From Macrostomum hystrix (lineage: Eukaryota; Animalia; Platyhelminthes), in NCBI GenBank assembly GCA_950097015.1, contig CATNEN010000038.1, positions 35,281,954 to 35,345,953 of the forward strand: a stretch of DNA of 64,000 nt, in the 5' to 3' direction. Shown piece after piece: positions 24,725 through 35,800 of this stretch. The number at the start of each line of letters is the position of its first letter. The stretch's first letter is position 1. Below the pieces are notes generated by a model. It searched no databases, had not been told where the DNA came from, and worked only from the letters and a program-made list of their open reading frames with translations. The translations under genes were made by a program, and so were the position numbers.

Positions 24725-27560
24725 GGACCACCCGGAGTGTGGTCCGGTGGGTCCTGTAGCGGCGCTGTCCGGGGGAAAGCGCTGGCAAGCATGATGTCCA
24801 GCCATTCGCCAGGATTCTCGGCCATCCTGTCTTTTGATCACTGAGAGCTTCGACATTTTGTCAAGGGTGAGCGCTTTTACTACGCGAGAGGTCCAGCAGA
24901 CTTTGCTTTCCTGGTTTCACGCTTAAAGTCGCAAATCGCATTCTGGTAGGCGGTCAGGTCAGCTGGTTCTTTGCTTTTTCGCGCAATCCGCTGGAGGGAT
25001 TTGGCCTTGCGCCAGAGGGTTCCAAGCTCTGGGTCCACCAGGGAGCGGATTTTTTGCCTTTGTAGGCATTGAGGGGGCAAGAGGTTTCGTGGGCCGTCAG
25101 GATGGTCGAACTGAGTAGATCAGCGAAATCGTCCACTTTGTGGCAGGTGCAGGAACGGCGGTTTCAAACTGGTTAGTCTGGCGCTTCACGGAGTTCGCTA
25201 AGGCCGTCCAGTCAGCTTCCGGGCGTTCCTTTTCCACAGAATGCCAGGCTTTGAATAGAAGCTTTGCAACCGGAAGCGAACGAAGCGATTTTCAGACAGA
25301 GATTCCTCTTCCTCTTTGGCCCTGGGAGGCAAGGGTCACGTCGAGGACTTCCGTCCACCGCCCATTGTCAAAGGTGGGTGTGCCACCCGTGTTGCAGAAC
25401 TCAATATTAGCGGTGCAGATGTAGGGAAGGAGATCCTCGCCTCTGCAGTTGGAATTGTAACACTGCCCCTGTGGGTGTGGTGGGCGTTAATATCGCAAGC
25501 CCCCAGCAGCTCAAAGTCACGGTCTGAGCAGTAGTCCACAAGGGATGTGAGACTGGGTAGAAACGCGGGACCGTCACCAGGAATGTAGATAGAGGCGATG
25601 ATGACGGTACCGTTCGAGAGAATTAGGTTTGTTTGGATGACACAGAGGTCTTTGACAAAGACGTCTGGTCTATGCCAAGCTTCGAGATCGTTAGTCGCGA
25701 ACACAGCAGCCCTGGGGTTTTGGGGCTTAAAAACAATCAAAACCAACAGGAATGTTCGGACCTTTCTTCGTCCAGGGCTCCTGGAGGAGGATGATGCCCA
25801 GATTTGCGAAGCCCACCACACGCAACAGGTTGGTCGAGGCCGCGATGCAGTGGTGCAGGTTTAGCTGCAGGAAGCTCACCCCAGGAGGGGCGGTTCGTAC
25901 GGCTGCCTGCTGGCCGACGGCGAGCTGTTCAGGAGAGCTTCCTCATCCTAGTCGGTGGTGTGCCCGAGCTCCAATGGGCTCCTCCTGAATCGGATCCAGA
26001 GCCGAGGCCGGGTCTGCTACAGCAGCAGCGTCCGTATCCTCAGCCCGGTTTTCCGCCGGGGGCTCCGTTGTGACATTGGGCTGGGTGGTGCTGCGGTGGC
26101 GTCCTCCGTCGGAGTCCGGCAGCTGTCTGCTGCGCTGAGTCAGGCCAGGCAGATGGTGCTGCAGGCTGGTTTTTGGCCCTTACCATGTCCGCCTGCGGCT
26201 CTCGCCGCTTTGCCCCCGACAGGGACCGCGTCCTCGGAGTGGTCGTGACGGCCAGGAGTCTGTATTCCAGGGCGCTATGGCCTGGCAGAACTCTGGTTCC
26301 GCTTTTCCGGACGCGGCGGGTGAGTGGCGTCAGACTCGAAGCTGAAAATCTGGATTCGAGTGAGACCTGTACTGATGTAGGACATGTCTAGGCAGCAGAG
26401 CATCCAGCAGTTCGACAGTCCAAGAATGGCTGTGAAACCATCTCAAACATGCCTGGTGATGGTTTCATGAACACGATGCCATTTGAGGGCAGATCCTGAT
26501 GGATCGCCAGCAGCAGGCGGCGCAGCTCCTCAGCATTTGTGACGGCGCTACGAGCTGGAATCCAAACACGATGACTGGGTGTCTGGAAGCGCTCATTCTC
26601 CCTGTAGACTAACAGTTTGCCCATTTCCGTACCCCAATCGAGGGTTTTCAGCAGCTCGAGGAGTTGCTGACTGGACTGGTTGTCGGCAGGCTGGACAATG
26701 AGGGCTTGGTCCTGGATGTCGGTCTTTAGGACATGCAGCATAGTGCCACTCAGTGCCAGTTTGACCAGATTGGAATCCAATCTGCGCCAAATTTGGTCGA
26801 GCTGCCCTGTCGATAAGGGCGTCTCCTGACCTCGGATAACCAAGGCCGGCTGCCTCTTGGCCATTGCAGCGTAAGTGTGCTTTGGCCTCGTAGTTTGGCC
26901 AGCGCCTCCCACCACGGGCCCCCAGCAGTCGTCGGAGTTTCTAAATGACAGTGAGAGAGGAACCGGATGCCCTAGAAGCCTGGGCTGCACTTTCCGGCAC
27001 TTCCAGGTTTCCCGCACGGCGCAAGGAGTCCGCCTCCTTGTTGGGTGTCGGTTCCTCCGAGATATTCGCAGAGTTACCGGCCCCCTCCACAGAGGCGGCG
27101 GTTGGCGCGGAATTCGCAGCCAACCGTGCTTTCTGTTTGCGCCGCCGGAATTCCAAGTCTCTGAGCCCTTTCTCAGCCCTTTCTCAGTTTGCCCTTTGAT
27201 CCTGCCACTCTGGTGGCGGCGGGGCAGGATGATTTTGGGGCATCGATGGATCCGATGTTGCCCTGGCGTTAATCCTGAGGAGCTACGTCGCCAACCGGGG
27301 TCAGCTTTTTGGCATAGTCCTGGGACGTGCTGGACTCCGTAAGTCGCTGGAAAAAAATAGGATAAAGCCGCTAATGGCCGACAAAACTCACCGGACCTTC
27401 CAGCCCTGCGGCGCGGTGAGACCTTAGGTCAAAATTTTAGCTCAAACCTTAAGTCGAACCATTCACTCATGAGCCGAAGCATGAGTACACATTACGACCA
27501 GAGGCTCTGGATGGGTCGTCCAGCGCTCTTGCCCATTCAATCCGGCTGCCCTTAAACTTG
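24725..27560 (-). mobile_element. R1/LOA-like non-LTR retrotransposon fragment (ORF1 and AP endonuclease; RT absent)
   Basis: ORF1 pieces at 26388-27156. ORF2 start FLQLNLHHCIAAS...ILLQEPW, then IIASIYIP, CDINAHH, APWW. Frameshifted and cut before the RT. Boundaries approximate. Confidence 0.75.
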
Positions 27561-28039
27561 AGCTGCTGGCACATCATGAAGACATTCAGTCCGTATATAA
27601 GTGCGTTGCTCCAAGTTTGATGGAAACTCCGTTTTTCTAAGCCGGCTGTTTCTTAAATTGTGTTCTTTTGGCTAGAATTTTTTAATATAAAATATGCTAA
27701 TCGGTTGTTGTTTCGACTATAGTTTTTACTTTTAGCATCCTTGTCCCCCCTTTTTCTTCATTCTATTCTTTCCTCCATGCTGCCACCACAAGTGTTGTCT
27801 GTGGCATCAAATCATACCATTGCTGAACGTTTCGGATGACGCTCGTACACTCACTCCAACTGTCTGGAGCGGCTGCATCCCTCCAAATCTACAGTTCTTT
27901 AAGTTCGTTCATTCGTTTAAAGTGCAATATTCTACTGGACCCCTGCCTGCTCTCTCCTCCCCTATCGCCGTCGTCACCACTCGGATTAACCATTGGCTGG
28001 CCTCGAAGCACAAGGAAAGGTGGATCAAGACCGCCATTA

Positions 28040-28235
28040 GTCGTAGAGAGAAGGCTTGAGGCTTGTCGTGCAATTACGCCCTTGAGGGCCAACCTCCAAG
28101 GCACAGTGCGAGGGTACACTGCCTGACGAATAAAATACACTGACTGCCAAATAATAATGTGGCCTCGCCGCGGAATCGAGCTCAGGGACCTTGGTGCGAG
28201 AGGCAAACACTTTAACCGCTCTACCACCACTCACC
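28040..28235. mobile_element. Composite SINE fragments (+ body joined to - head)
   Basis: 28040-28128 is plus-strand body; 28155-28235 is minus-strand tRNA head. Confidence 0.7.
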
Positions 28236-28656
28236 TGCTTCATAGGGTTCGCTACTACGAGCGTAGTTATCGGTTTCGCCAGGAAAATAATTATGAGCCG
28301 TATTTAACTTTAGCAACGCTTTAATCCTTAGCTCGTGAAATCTATTCGTATTTGTCCATTTCAATTGTATTTGCCGGTACACTCACACGTTGGAAAAATT
28401 AGTGTTTGCCTTACTAAGTTTTTTATTGCACACAAAAGACTATTACTATTGCGGGGCTGTAGACTAAAAAATAGGCTTATATTTGCTAGACATACAAAAA
28501 AACATTTTTTTTCAAAAGTATTTTATCTTATTCGCGATTATACTCCATAAGCACTGTAGTGTTTTAGTCATTCTTTTTAGGCTGCACAGAACACGCGGAT
28601 AAATTGTTTAATAAATCGAAGCCCGGAAACTAGAAAATCATCCATGGGAAATTGCA

Positions 28657-30317
28657 TTATGGGCTCCAGCTGCTGACAAACTGCTGCAGGATGGTCAGGA
28701 CAACCGAAGCTATCAGAAGGAACAGAGCACCAGACACTTGATGGCCGGTGTTGCACAGGTCAGATTGGCAGCATGAAAAGATACCCTCTATCTTGTTGCA
28801 GTTACGAACAGCGCCCCGATCGACAGATCGTATCTTATACTTTTTCTGTTTGTTAAATTGTTAAAAAATTGATTCTATTCAGAGGTTGCATCGGAAAGAT
28901 ATAGGGATTAGAAATCATATTCATTTGGTGGCAGACTCAAGTCTATGTGCACGGCCTCCAAAAGATTCCAGCACAGGGACCTTGGTATGGGAGGCAAACG
29001 TGCGAACAAATCTCTCCCTCAGCCGCAGATAATGAGAAGTTTAGTTTGATATTTAAACCACAAGCAAAAAAAGTTTGTATTTTTTTAAATCCTAATGACA
29101 GGACTGCGAAGCTACTTAACCGAGATTCTTCGGGACTGCAAAGCTACTGGACTGAGATTCTTCAGGACTGCAAAGCTACTAGAATGAGATTCTTCAGGAC
29201 TGCAAAGCTATGGACTGAGATTCTTCAGGACTGCAAAGCTATGGACTGAGATTCTTCAGGACTGCAAAGCTATGGACTGAGATTCTTCAGGACTGCAAAG
29301 CTATGGACTGAGATTCTTCAGGACTGCAAAGCTATGGACTGAGATTCTTCAGGACTGCAAAGCTATGGACTGAGATTCTTCAGGACTGCAAAGCTATGGA
29401 CTGAGATTCTTCAGGACTGCAAAGCTACTGGACTAAGATTCTTCAGGACTGCAAAGCTACTGGACTGAGATTCTTCAGGACTGCAAAGCTACAGAACTGA
29501 GATTCTTCAGGACTGCAAACTTACTGGACTGAGATTCTTCAGGACTGCAAACTTACTGGACTGAGATTCTTCAGGACTGCAAAGCTATGAACTGAGATTC
29601 TTCAGGACTGCAAAGCTATGAACTGAGATTCTTCAGGACTGCAAAGCTACTGGACTAAGATTCTTCAGGACTGCAAAGCTACTGGACTGAGATTCTTTAG
29701 AGATTCTTCAGGACTGCAAAGCTACAGAACTGAGATTCTTCAGGACTGCGGATCTACTGGACTGAGATTCTTCAGGACTGCGGATCTGCTGGACTGAGAT
29801 TCTTCAGGACTGCAAAGCTACTGGAATAAGATGATTAAGGACTGCAAAGCTACTGGAATAAGATGATTAAGGACTGCAAAGCTACTGGAATAAGATGATT
29901 AAGGACTGCAAAGCTACTGGAATAAGATGATTAAGGACTGCAAAGCTACTGGAATAAGATGATTAAGGACTACAGATTAAGCTATGGACTCAGATTCTTT
30001 AGGACTACGAAGCTACTGGACTGAGATTGCGCTTTTGTCCACTGCAGCACATGTTTTTAGGTTCGTGATACATGACTCACAAAGCAGTAAAGTCCTTCCA
30101 TTGTTTTGGTTTTTTCGTCCACACTATTGCAATCTTGGCAGGAATAGCACTTGACGGCGTTGGTTCCAGCGATGCAAACTAAAATGTTGAATTTCGTGCT
30201 AGCAAGCATAAATTATGAAAGCTTAATTTCAAAATTGAAAATAGAAAAATAATGATAACGACTTGACTAACTTGCAGACAGTATTCCGATCCACAGTATT
30301 GAACGAAGTTTCAACAT
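28657..30317 (-). CDS. Ly6/uPAR three-finger, probably GPI-anchored protein, copy C (110 aa, 3 exons)
   Basis: Exons 30317-30272, 30178-30081 and 28845-28657, total 333 nt. Protein: MLKLRSILWIGILSAICIAGTNA-VKCYSCQDCNSVDEKTKTMEGLYCF-KKYKIRSVDRGAVRNCNKIEGIFSCCQSDLCN-TGHQVSGALFLLIASVVLTILQQFVSSWSP*. Confidence 0.9.
29099..30028. repeat. 32-bp satellite in intron 2 of Ly6 copy C, about 29 units
   Basis: Tandem units including 30-bp gctatggactg and ggaataagatgattaa variants. Confidence 0.97.
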
Positions 30318-30584
30318 TTTTTAGCTTCCAGTAAGGCTTGAAGAATGGTTGACGAAATCTGCCTTGCCTTTACAAAACTTAGCGGTTACCAGAATGACTG
30401 ATGAACTGATGAAATATTGCCTTGGCTTGATGCCAAATTCAAGGCAAGAAACGGCAGCAAGTTCTAAAAGCTGAATGCCATTAAGCAGAAACTTTAGTTT
30501 TGGAGTGGGTGTACGAGGGTCATCTTAAAGGCAAGCGTATGATTTTGTGCCACAGACAACTTGTGATGTGGCAGCCTTTCAGCC

Positions 30585-30759
30585 TTGGAGAATATATTTC
30601 CTCATCGTTGGTTTGGTCCATTTGAGCCGATTGCAGTACAGTGAGATTTTTAACTTTTTTACTTAAAACGCTCGAGTAGTCTTAAATTCGAATAAGTAGC
30701 AGTCTTGCCCATAGAAATCTCTCAGTACTTCAGTCGGCTCAAATGGACCGGATCTCCAA
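30585..30759. mobile_element. Short foldback/MITE upstream of Ly6 copy D; partial copy at 43568-43712 upstream of copy E
   Basis: Termini ttggaga...tctccaa. Internal inverted repeat ggtccatttgagccga / tcggctcaaatggacc. Confidence 0.6.
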
Positions 30760-30823
30760 TGTTAAACTTGCTGTTGCCTTGAATTTTGCATCAAGCCAAA
30801 GCAATATTTCATCAGTTCATCAG

Positions 30824-32755
30824 GACTTCATTCTTATTTTGAGCCAGCGTGCGGGAATGAAGGCAGTTGTGCAGGAATGAAATAATCTATGGCCAAATAT
30901 CCACAGTTTTACACATGGACATCGTGCAGGAATGACACTCTCCGTTCCTGCACGCAAACAATTTATTTATATGCATTTGATTTATTTTTAACCCCCTCTC
31001 TCTTTCCTCCCTCCACGAGGGCGATCGATAAATTGATCAAACACAGAGCTCGCACGCTCATTGGCTGAGGGAAAATAACATTGATGCATTTGCGAAAACA
31101 TCCTAGGGACAGCGCGATGTACGTTGCACGACCGGCGAGAGACTCGGTCAGCTGGCTGCTCATCTTGGCAAGAATGCTGTCTCTTCGTGGAGCTCAGTGA
31201 CTATAGTGGGTCGAACACAGTGCGCTGTATAGCTTCTCGACAGCCCGGCACTGGAAGATATCCGCTTAAGCATTGGTCCAAGCGTACTGATTCGATTGCC
31301 TGTTTCGTATACCACAGGCCATTCGAGCCAACCAGCTGCTTCGGTCGCAGAAAAAAGTCCGAACCGTTCCATCCAGGCACTGCTTCGATCTTCCGCAAAC
31401 ACACGCGAAAGGCTTCAACGGGACACGATTTCTGATCGGACCCGGCCACCATGATTGCTTGCTTTGGGTCGTCGCTCTGCCTCAAATCCGTTGATCCATG
31501 GACAGTTTTACTGGTTCCAACTTGAAGCACGATGGCCACTCGTCCCTCAGCCAGACGCTTCTCAGAAAACGACTTTGCAGTCAGTCCTCTGAGCCGTTCG
31601 CGGCCCCGGTTACCGAAATAATATAGAATGCTGAAATACACTTCATCCTGAAGTTTGGTTGGACTGCTCCGATCGAAGTAGGTGTTAAGTTTAGACAGGT
31701 CGTCCAATTTCAATGGCCGAGAAATGATTGATTCTTCCTCCAAGACGCAGGAATTCGTTACAGGCATGTTTCAATGTCAGATTGGCCGAATGGAATTGCG
31801 GCAGAGAGAGAATGTCCAAAGAGCGAAGCCTCATAAAGTGCCGATAAAGTCCGGCACGCATTCCCAACATTGTGTTGGGTGAATAGGATGGGCCGTCAGG
31901 CTTCTTCAGAGCGGCGTAATGCTCGCTTACGCTCGGCTTCCTCTTGGTCATTACGGATGCGATATCTCATCTTGATAAGATGTAACTAACGTGTCAGGAT
32001 AGGAAAGCACGTTTTTTTTACTTTTAACGATTACCGCTTTTTCCCAGTTGAACTGATTTGGATGCTGTTTTTTGCAGTCTAACTGAGCGTGCATCTAACG
32101 CGCCATCTAAAGTAGTAAGCCAACGTAATACAATGCAACGCACGAGTGCCATAGACCAGTTAAGCACAAAAAATCGATGTATGAATCCTACATTCGAGTT
32201 TTAATTTACGACGCGTCTTCTGGCGAGCGAATCGGGTTAATACAGATGTCACAAAGATACGTCGTTGGCGCCTCCTCAACAGAAGTTCATGAGCGCACTG
32301 AACGAGAGGGCATCATGCAGGCTTTGTTAGATGATATTGCTTATCTTAGCGCTGGAGAACTCGAATACATGCTCTGTGGCGATACCACAGAAGGTGATCT
32401 TCTAAAGGAATTGGATCTTTTACAGTTACACAACACGTCAGATAAACATTATAAATAAACATTATTGAAGATCTCCGTTTTGAGCGGAGGCCATTTGGTA
32501 TACCCCTAAAAATCCCTTCAAAATGATACAATGAATTAACCTTATATGTCGGCGTGAAATAAAAAAGCACAAAAATCCATTTATTTTTAACCCCCTCTCT
32601 TTTTCCTCCCTCCGCACTTTATTCTTAATATGAATTTTGTCTATGGTTAGAATAGCTCTAAAAAAAATGAAATTCATGAACGCTTACTCGTGCGTCTATG
32701 GCCAAAGCACTCGTGCTTTTCCCATTGACGCACTCGTAAGCGTTCAAGAAATATA
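30824..32755 (-). mobile_element. Decayed Crypton-type (DUF3504 tyrosine recombinase) DNA transposon
   Basis: Three frameshifted segments: LKKPDGPSYSPNTMLGMRAGLYRH; YYFGNRGRERLRGL...SCPVEAF...FFLRP...WY; GLSRSYTAHCVRPTIVTEL. Boundaries come from the empty site in copies C and E (catcag-tcattc). Confidence 0.8.
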
Positions 32756-32833
32756 CATTCCGGTACCGCTAAGTTTTGTAAAGGCAAGGTAGATTTCGTC
32801 AACCTTTCTTCAAGCCTTACTGGAAGCTAAAAA

Positions 32834-35800
32834 ATGTTGAAACCTCGTTCAATACTGTGGATCGGAATACTGTCTGCAAGTTAGTCAAGTCGTTATCATT
32901 ATTTTTTCCTTTTTCAATTTTGAAATTAAGCTTTCATAAATTAAGCTTGCTAGCACGAAATTCAACATTTTAGTTTGCATCGCTGGAACCAACGCCATCA
33001 AGTGCTATTCCTGCCAACATTGCCTAAGAGAAGACATTGACCGTAGAACCAACACAATGGAAGGACTTTACTGTGTTGTGAGTCTTGTATCACGAACCTA
33101 AAAACATGTGCTGCAGTGGACAAAAGCGCAATCTCAGTCCAGTAGCTTTGCAGCCCTGAAGAATCTCAGTCCATAGCTTTGCAGTCCTGAAGAATCTCAT
33201 TCCGGTAGCTTTACAGCCCTGAAGAATCTCAGTCCATAGCTTTGCAGTCCTAAAGAATCTCAGTCCAGTAGCTTTGCAGTCCTTAATCATCTTATTCCAG
33301 TAGCTTTGCAGTCGTGACAACAACAACAAAATACGCTAGCCCCAAATTTCAGGGAGGCAGCGTCAGATGGTGCGCCGCAGAGCCAGCGCGCGAACATGGT
33401 CCGCGCCGGTGGCAGTGTCGGGCGCCCCGGCGTCGCTCAGCAGGCAGTCGACGTAGCGGCGGGTCCGAGCCTGGCCGCGCCTGAACGGGCCCTGCAGGGT
33501 GAGCAGCAGGACGTCCTGGGCGGGCTGGCGGCAGTAGCTCTCGGCCCGAATAACGTGGCCCGCTAGTCGAAGTCGCCGCTGGTGCAGGATGGTGGACGGG
33601 CGTTGCAGATCGGCTCTCTCGTACAGAGACTTAGTCCCGACGCTCTCGTCAGCTTGAAAGGCCGCACGGAGCAGCCCCGAGTGCGCCGAGTCCAACTGCC
33701 GCTCCAGCGTAGCCGTCAGCGTCCACGACTCGGCGTTGTACAGCAGGACGGTCTCGACCACCGCCTGCCACAGCCGAGCCCTCTGGCGGTCAGGCTGCGC
33801 TGTGGACTGGAGGACGGCCCGGATCGAACGTTAGGCCGCCCATGCGAGTCCTCTGCGCCGCCGGATGTCGTCTTCCACGTTGGGCACCAGACCGCCGACG
33901 TAAGTGAACCGCTGGCAGCGTGCGAGCGAGATAATCTGCCTGTCTGCGCCGCGGCACGTCATGTCCTCTGGGATGTCAGCCGGCACGGTCAGCACCTCGG
34001 TCTTAAGCGTGTTGATCACTAGGCTGACGCTTGATGCCTCCTCAGCCAACCTGTCAATATGGCGCTGGGCACCTTCGACAGTTGAGGACAGGAGGGCGAG
34101 GTCGTCAGCTTCAGCTTGAGGCGCTTCTCATCGTGGCGGCGACCCATGCGTCTGCGGAGCAGGAAGCCGTCTTCAGCCGAGGGGAGCGCAGTCCGAAGCA
34201 CCCAGTACAGGAGAAGCACGAAGAGGAACGGCGCCAGCGTGTCGCCCCGCAGCACTCCTGACGAGGTGGCAAACAGGTCGGACAGGCCGTCCGCCGTAAC
34301 ACAGCAGCACGCGTGTCGCGATACAGCGACATGATAGCGGCGACTAGCTGCTCCGGGACCCGGTAGGCACGAAGGACGAGTGGGAGCGCGGCCCTCGACA
34401 CTGAGTAAAACGCCTTGCGGAAGTCGACAAACACTATGATCTGCGTTGACTGGCGCATGCGCGCCTCCTCGATGACACGGCGGAGTGCGAGGATCTAGGT
34501 CACTGTACCGCGCCGCGACCGGAACCCGTTCTGCATCGACTGCAGGCGATCGAGAAGCAGTCGGTTGAAAAGCTTCGTGGTGCAGGACATAAGCGAGATC
34601 CCTCGGTGATCTTCTTTCCGCGTTGTCCCGGCCTTATTCGGGATCGGCACGATGTGTGCTACGGTCCACTCGGTGGGCGCAGGGGCGCCGACGAGCACGC
34701 GGTTCATGGCGCCTGTGACTTGGGAAGCCACACAGCGGAGCCGCAGCGCCTCGACCGGAACCTCGTCGGGGCCGAGCGCCTTGCCGCCAGATGTTCTCCG
34801 AGCGAACCGCACAACATCCTCCACGGTGACTGGGCTGGTGCGAAAATCCTCCTCAGCTGGCAGGGCCGTGTCCGTCGGCAGTGCAAAACTGGGTGGCAGC
34901 GGGGGCGAGGGTGCGTTTTCAATGCCGGCGAAGAAGTCGCGCAATTCATTCCTGCGCTCCTCCGGAGTGTCGCCGGTCAGATTTAGCGCCACACGCCTCT
35001 TGCGCCCCGTCAGGGTCCGAACGGTCGTCCACACTGCGCAGCTCCTCACGTCGGGGCCAGCTGCTGCGATTGACTGGATGGCGTCGTCGACTGCGGCCTG
35101 CTGCCGCGTGTCCAAAAGACGCGCGAGCGCCTCCTCGGCGTCACCAGTGGGCCGTCGGGAACTTCGGAGTCGCTCGATCTTCAGCCGCGCCTGCCTGATC
35201 GTTGGATCGCTCTGCCAGACTGGCTGCGTTCGCTCCGCCGGTCGCATCAGCGGGACCGTCTTCTCAGCTGCAGTTCTCACGGCAGTGCTGATGTCGGCAT
35301 ACTCCGCCTCGCGCTGGTTTCCAAGCGCGCCAGCGAAGGCGCCCGCGAATTGGTACTTTACGCGGGGGTCCCACAAGGCACGATAGTAGCGCCGTGGCCG
35401 CTGCTTCGGAGGTCGGTAGAGCGGGTCGTTGAGCCGCAGGTCGCAGAGCAAGTCGGTGGTCAGAACGGAGAGCCAGCGGAGCCATGGTGTCGCAGTTGAT
35501 GACGCGGTGGTGCTCGCGAGCGCGAACCAGCACATGATCGAGTTGCGCCAGCCGCCTCGTGGCATTCCGCCCACGCGCGTTCCGTCGTCTCCTCTTGCAG
35601 CCCGCGAAGGTGACCAGGCGGGCCGAAGGCTTGCGGAAACGGGAATTGACATCAGGTCCAGCCTTTCTAGCAGGTTCTCCAGCGCATCCGTGTTGGCTTT
35701 CTCGCGTCCCGTGACGAAAGGCGATCGCTCGAACCTACGTGGTAGGTCCGTACGGCGCGTTTAGGTCTCGGAGCGCCGCAAGCTGTCTTCCAGCTGTCCG

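Noticed and set aside
31160-31951. Active domesticated recombinase driving Ly6 inversion
   Set aside because: Two frameshifts, apparent loss of the catalytic Tyr segment, and insertion after the gene duplication.
32177-32458. Plus-strand 93-aa ORF inside the Crypton-like element
   Set aside because: No recognisable motif. It could be an accessory ORF but this is unsupported.
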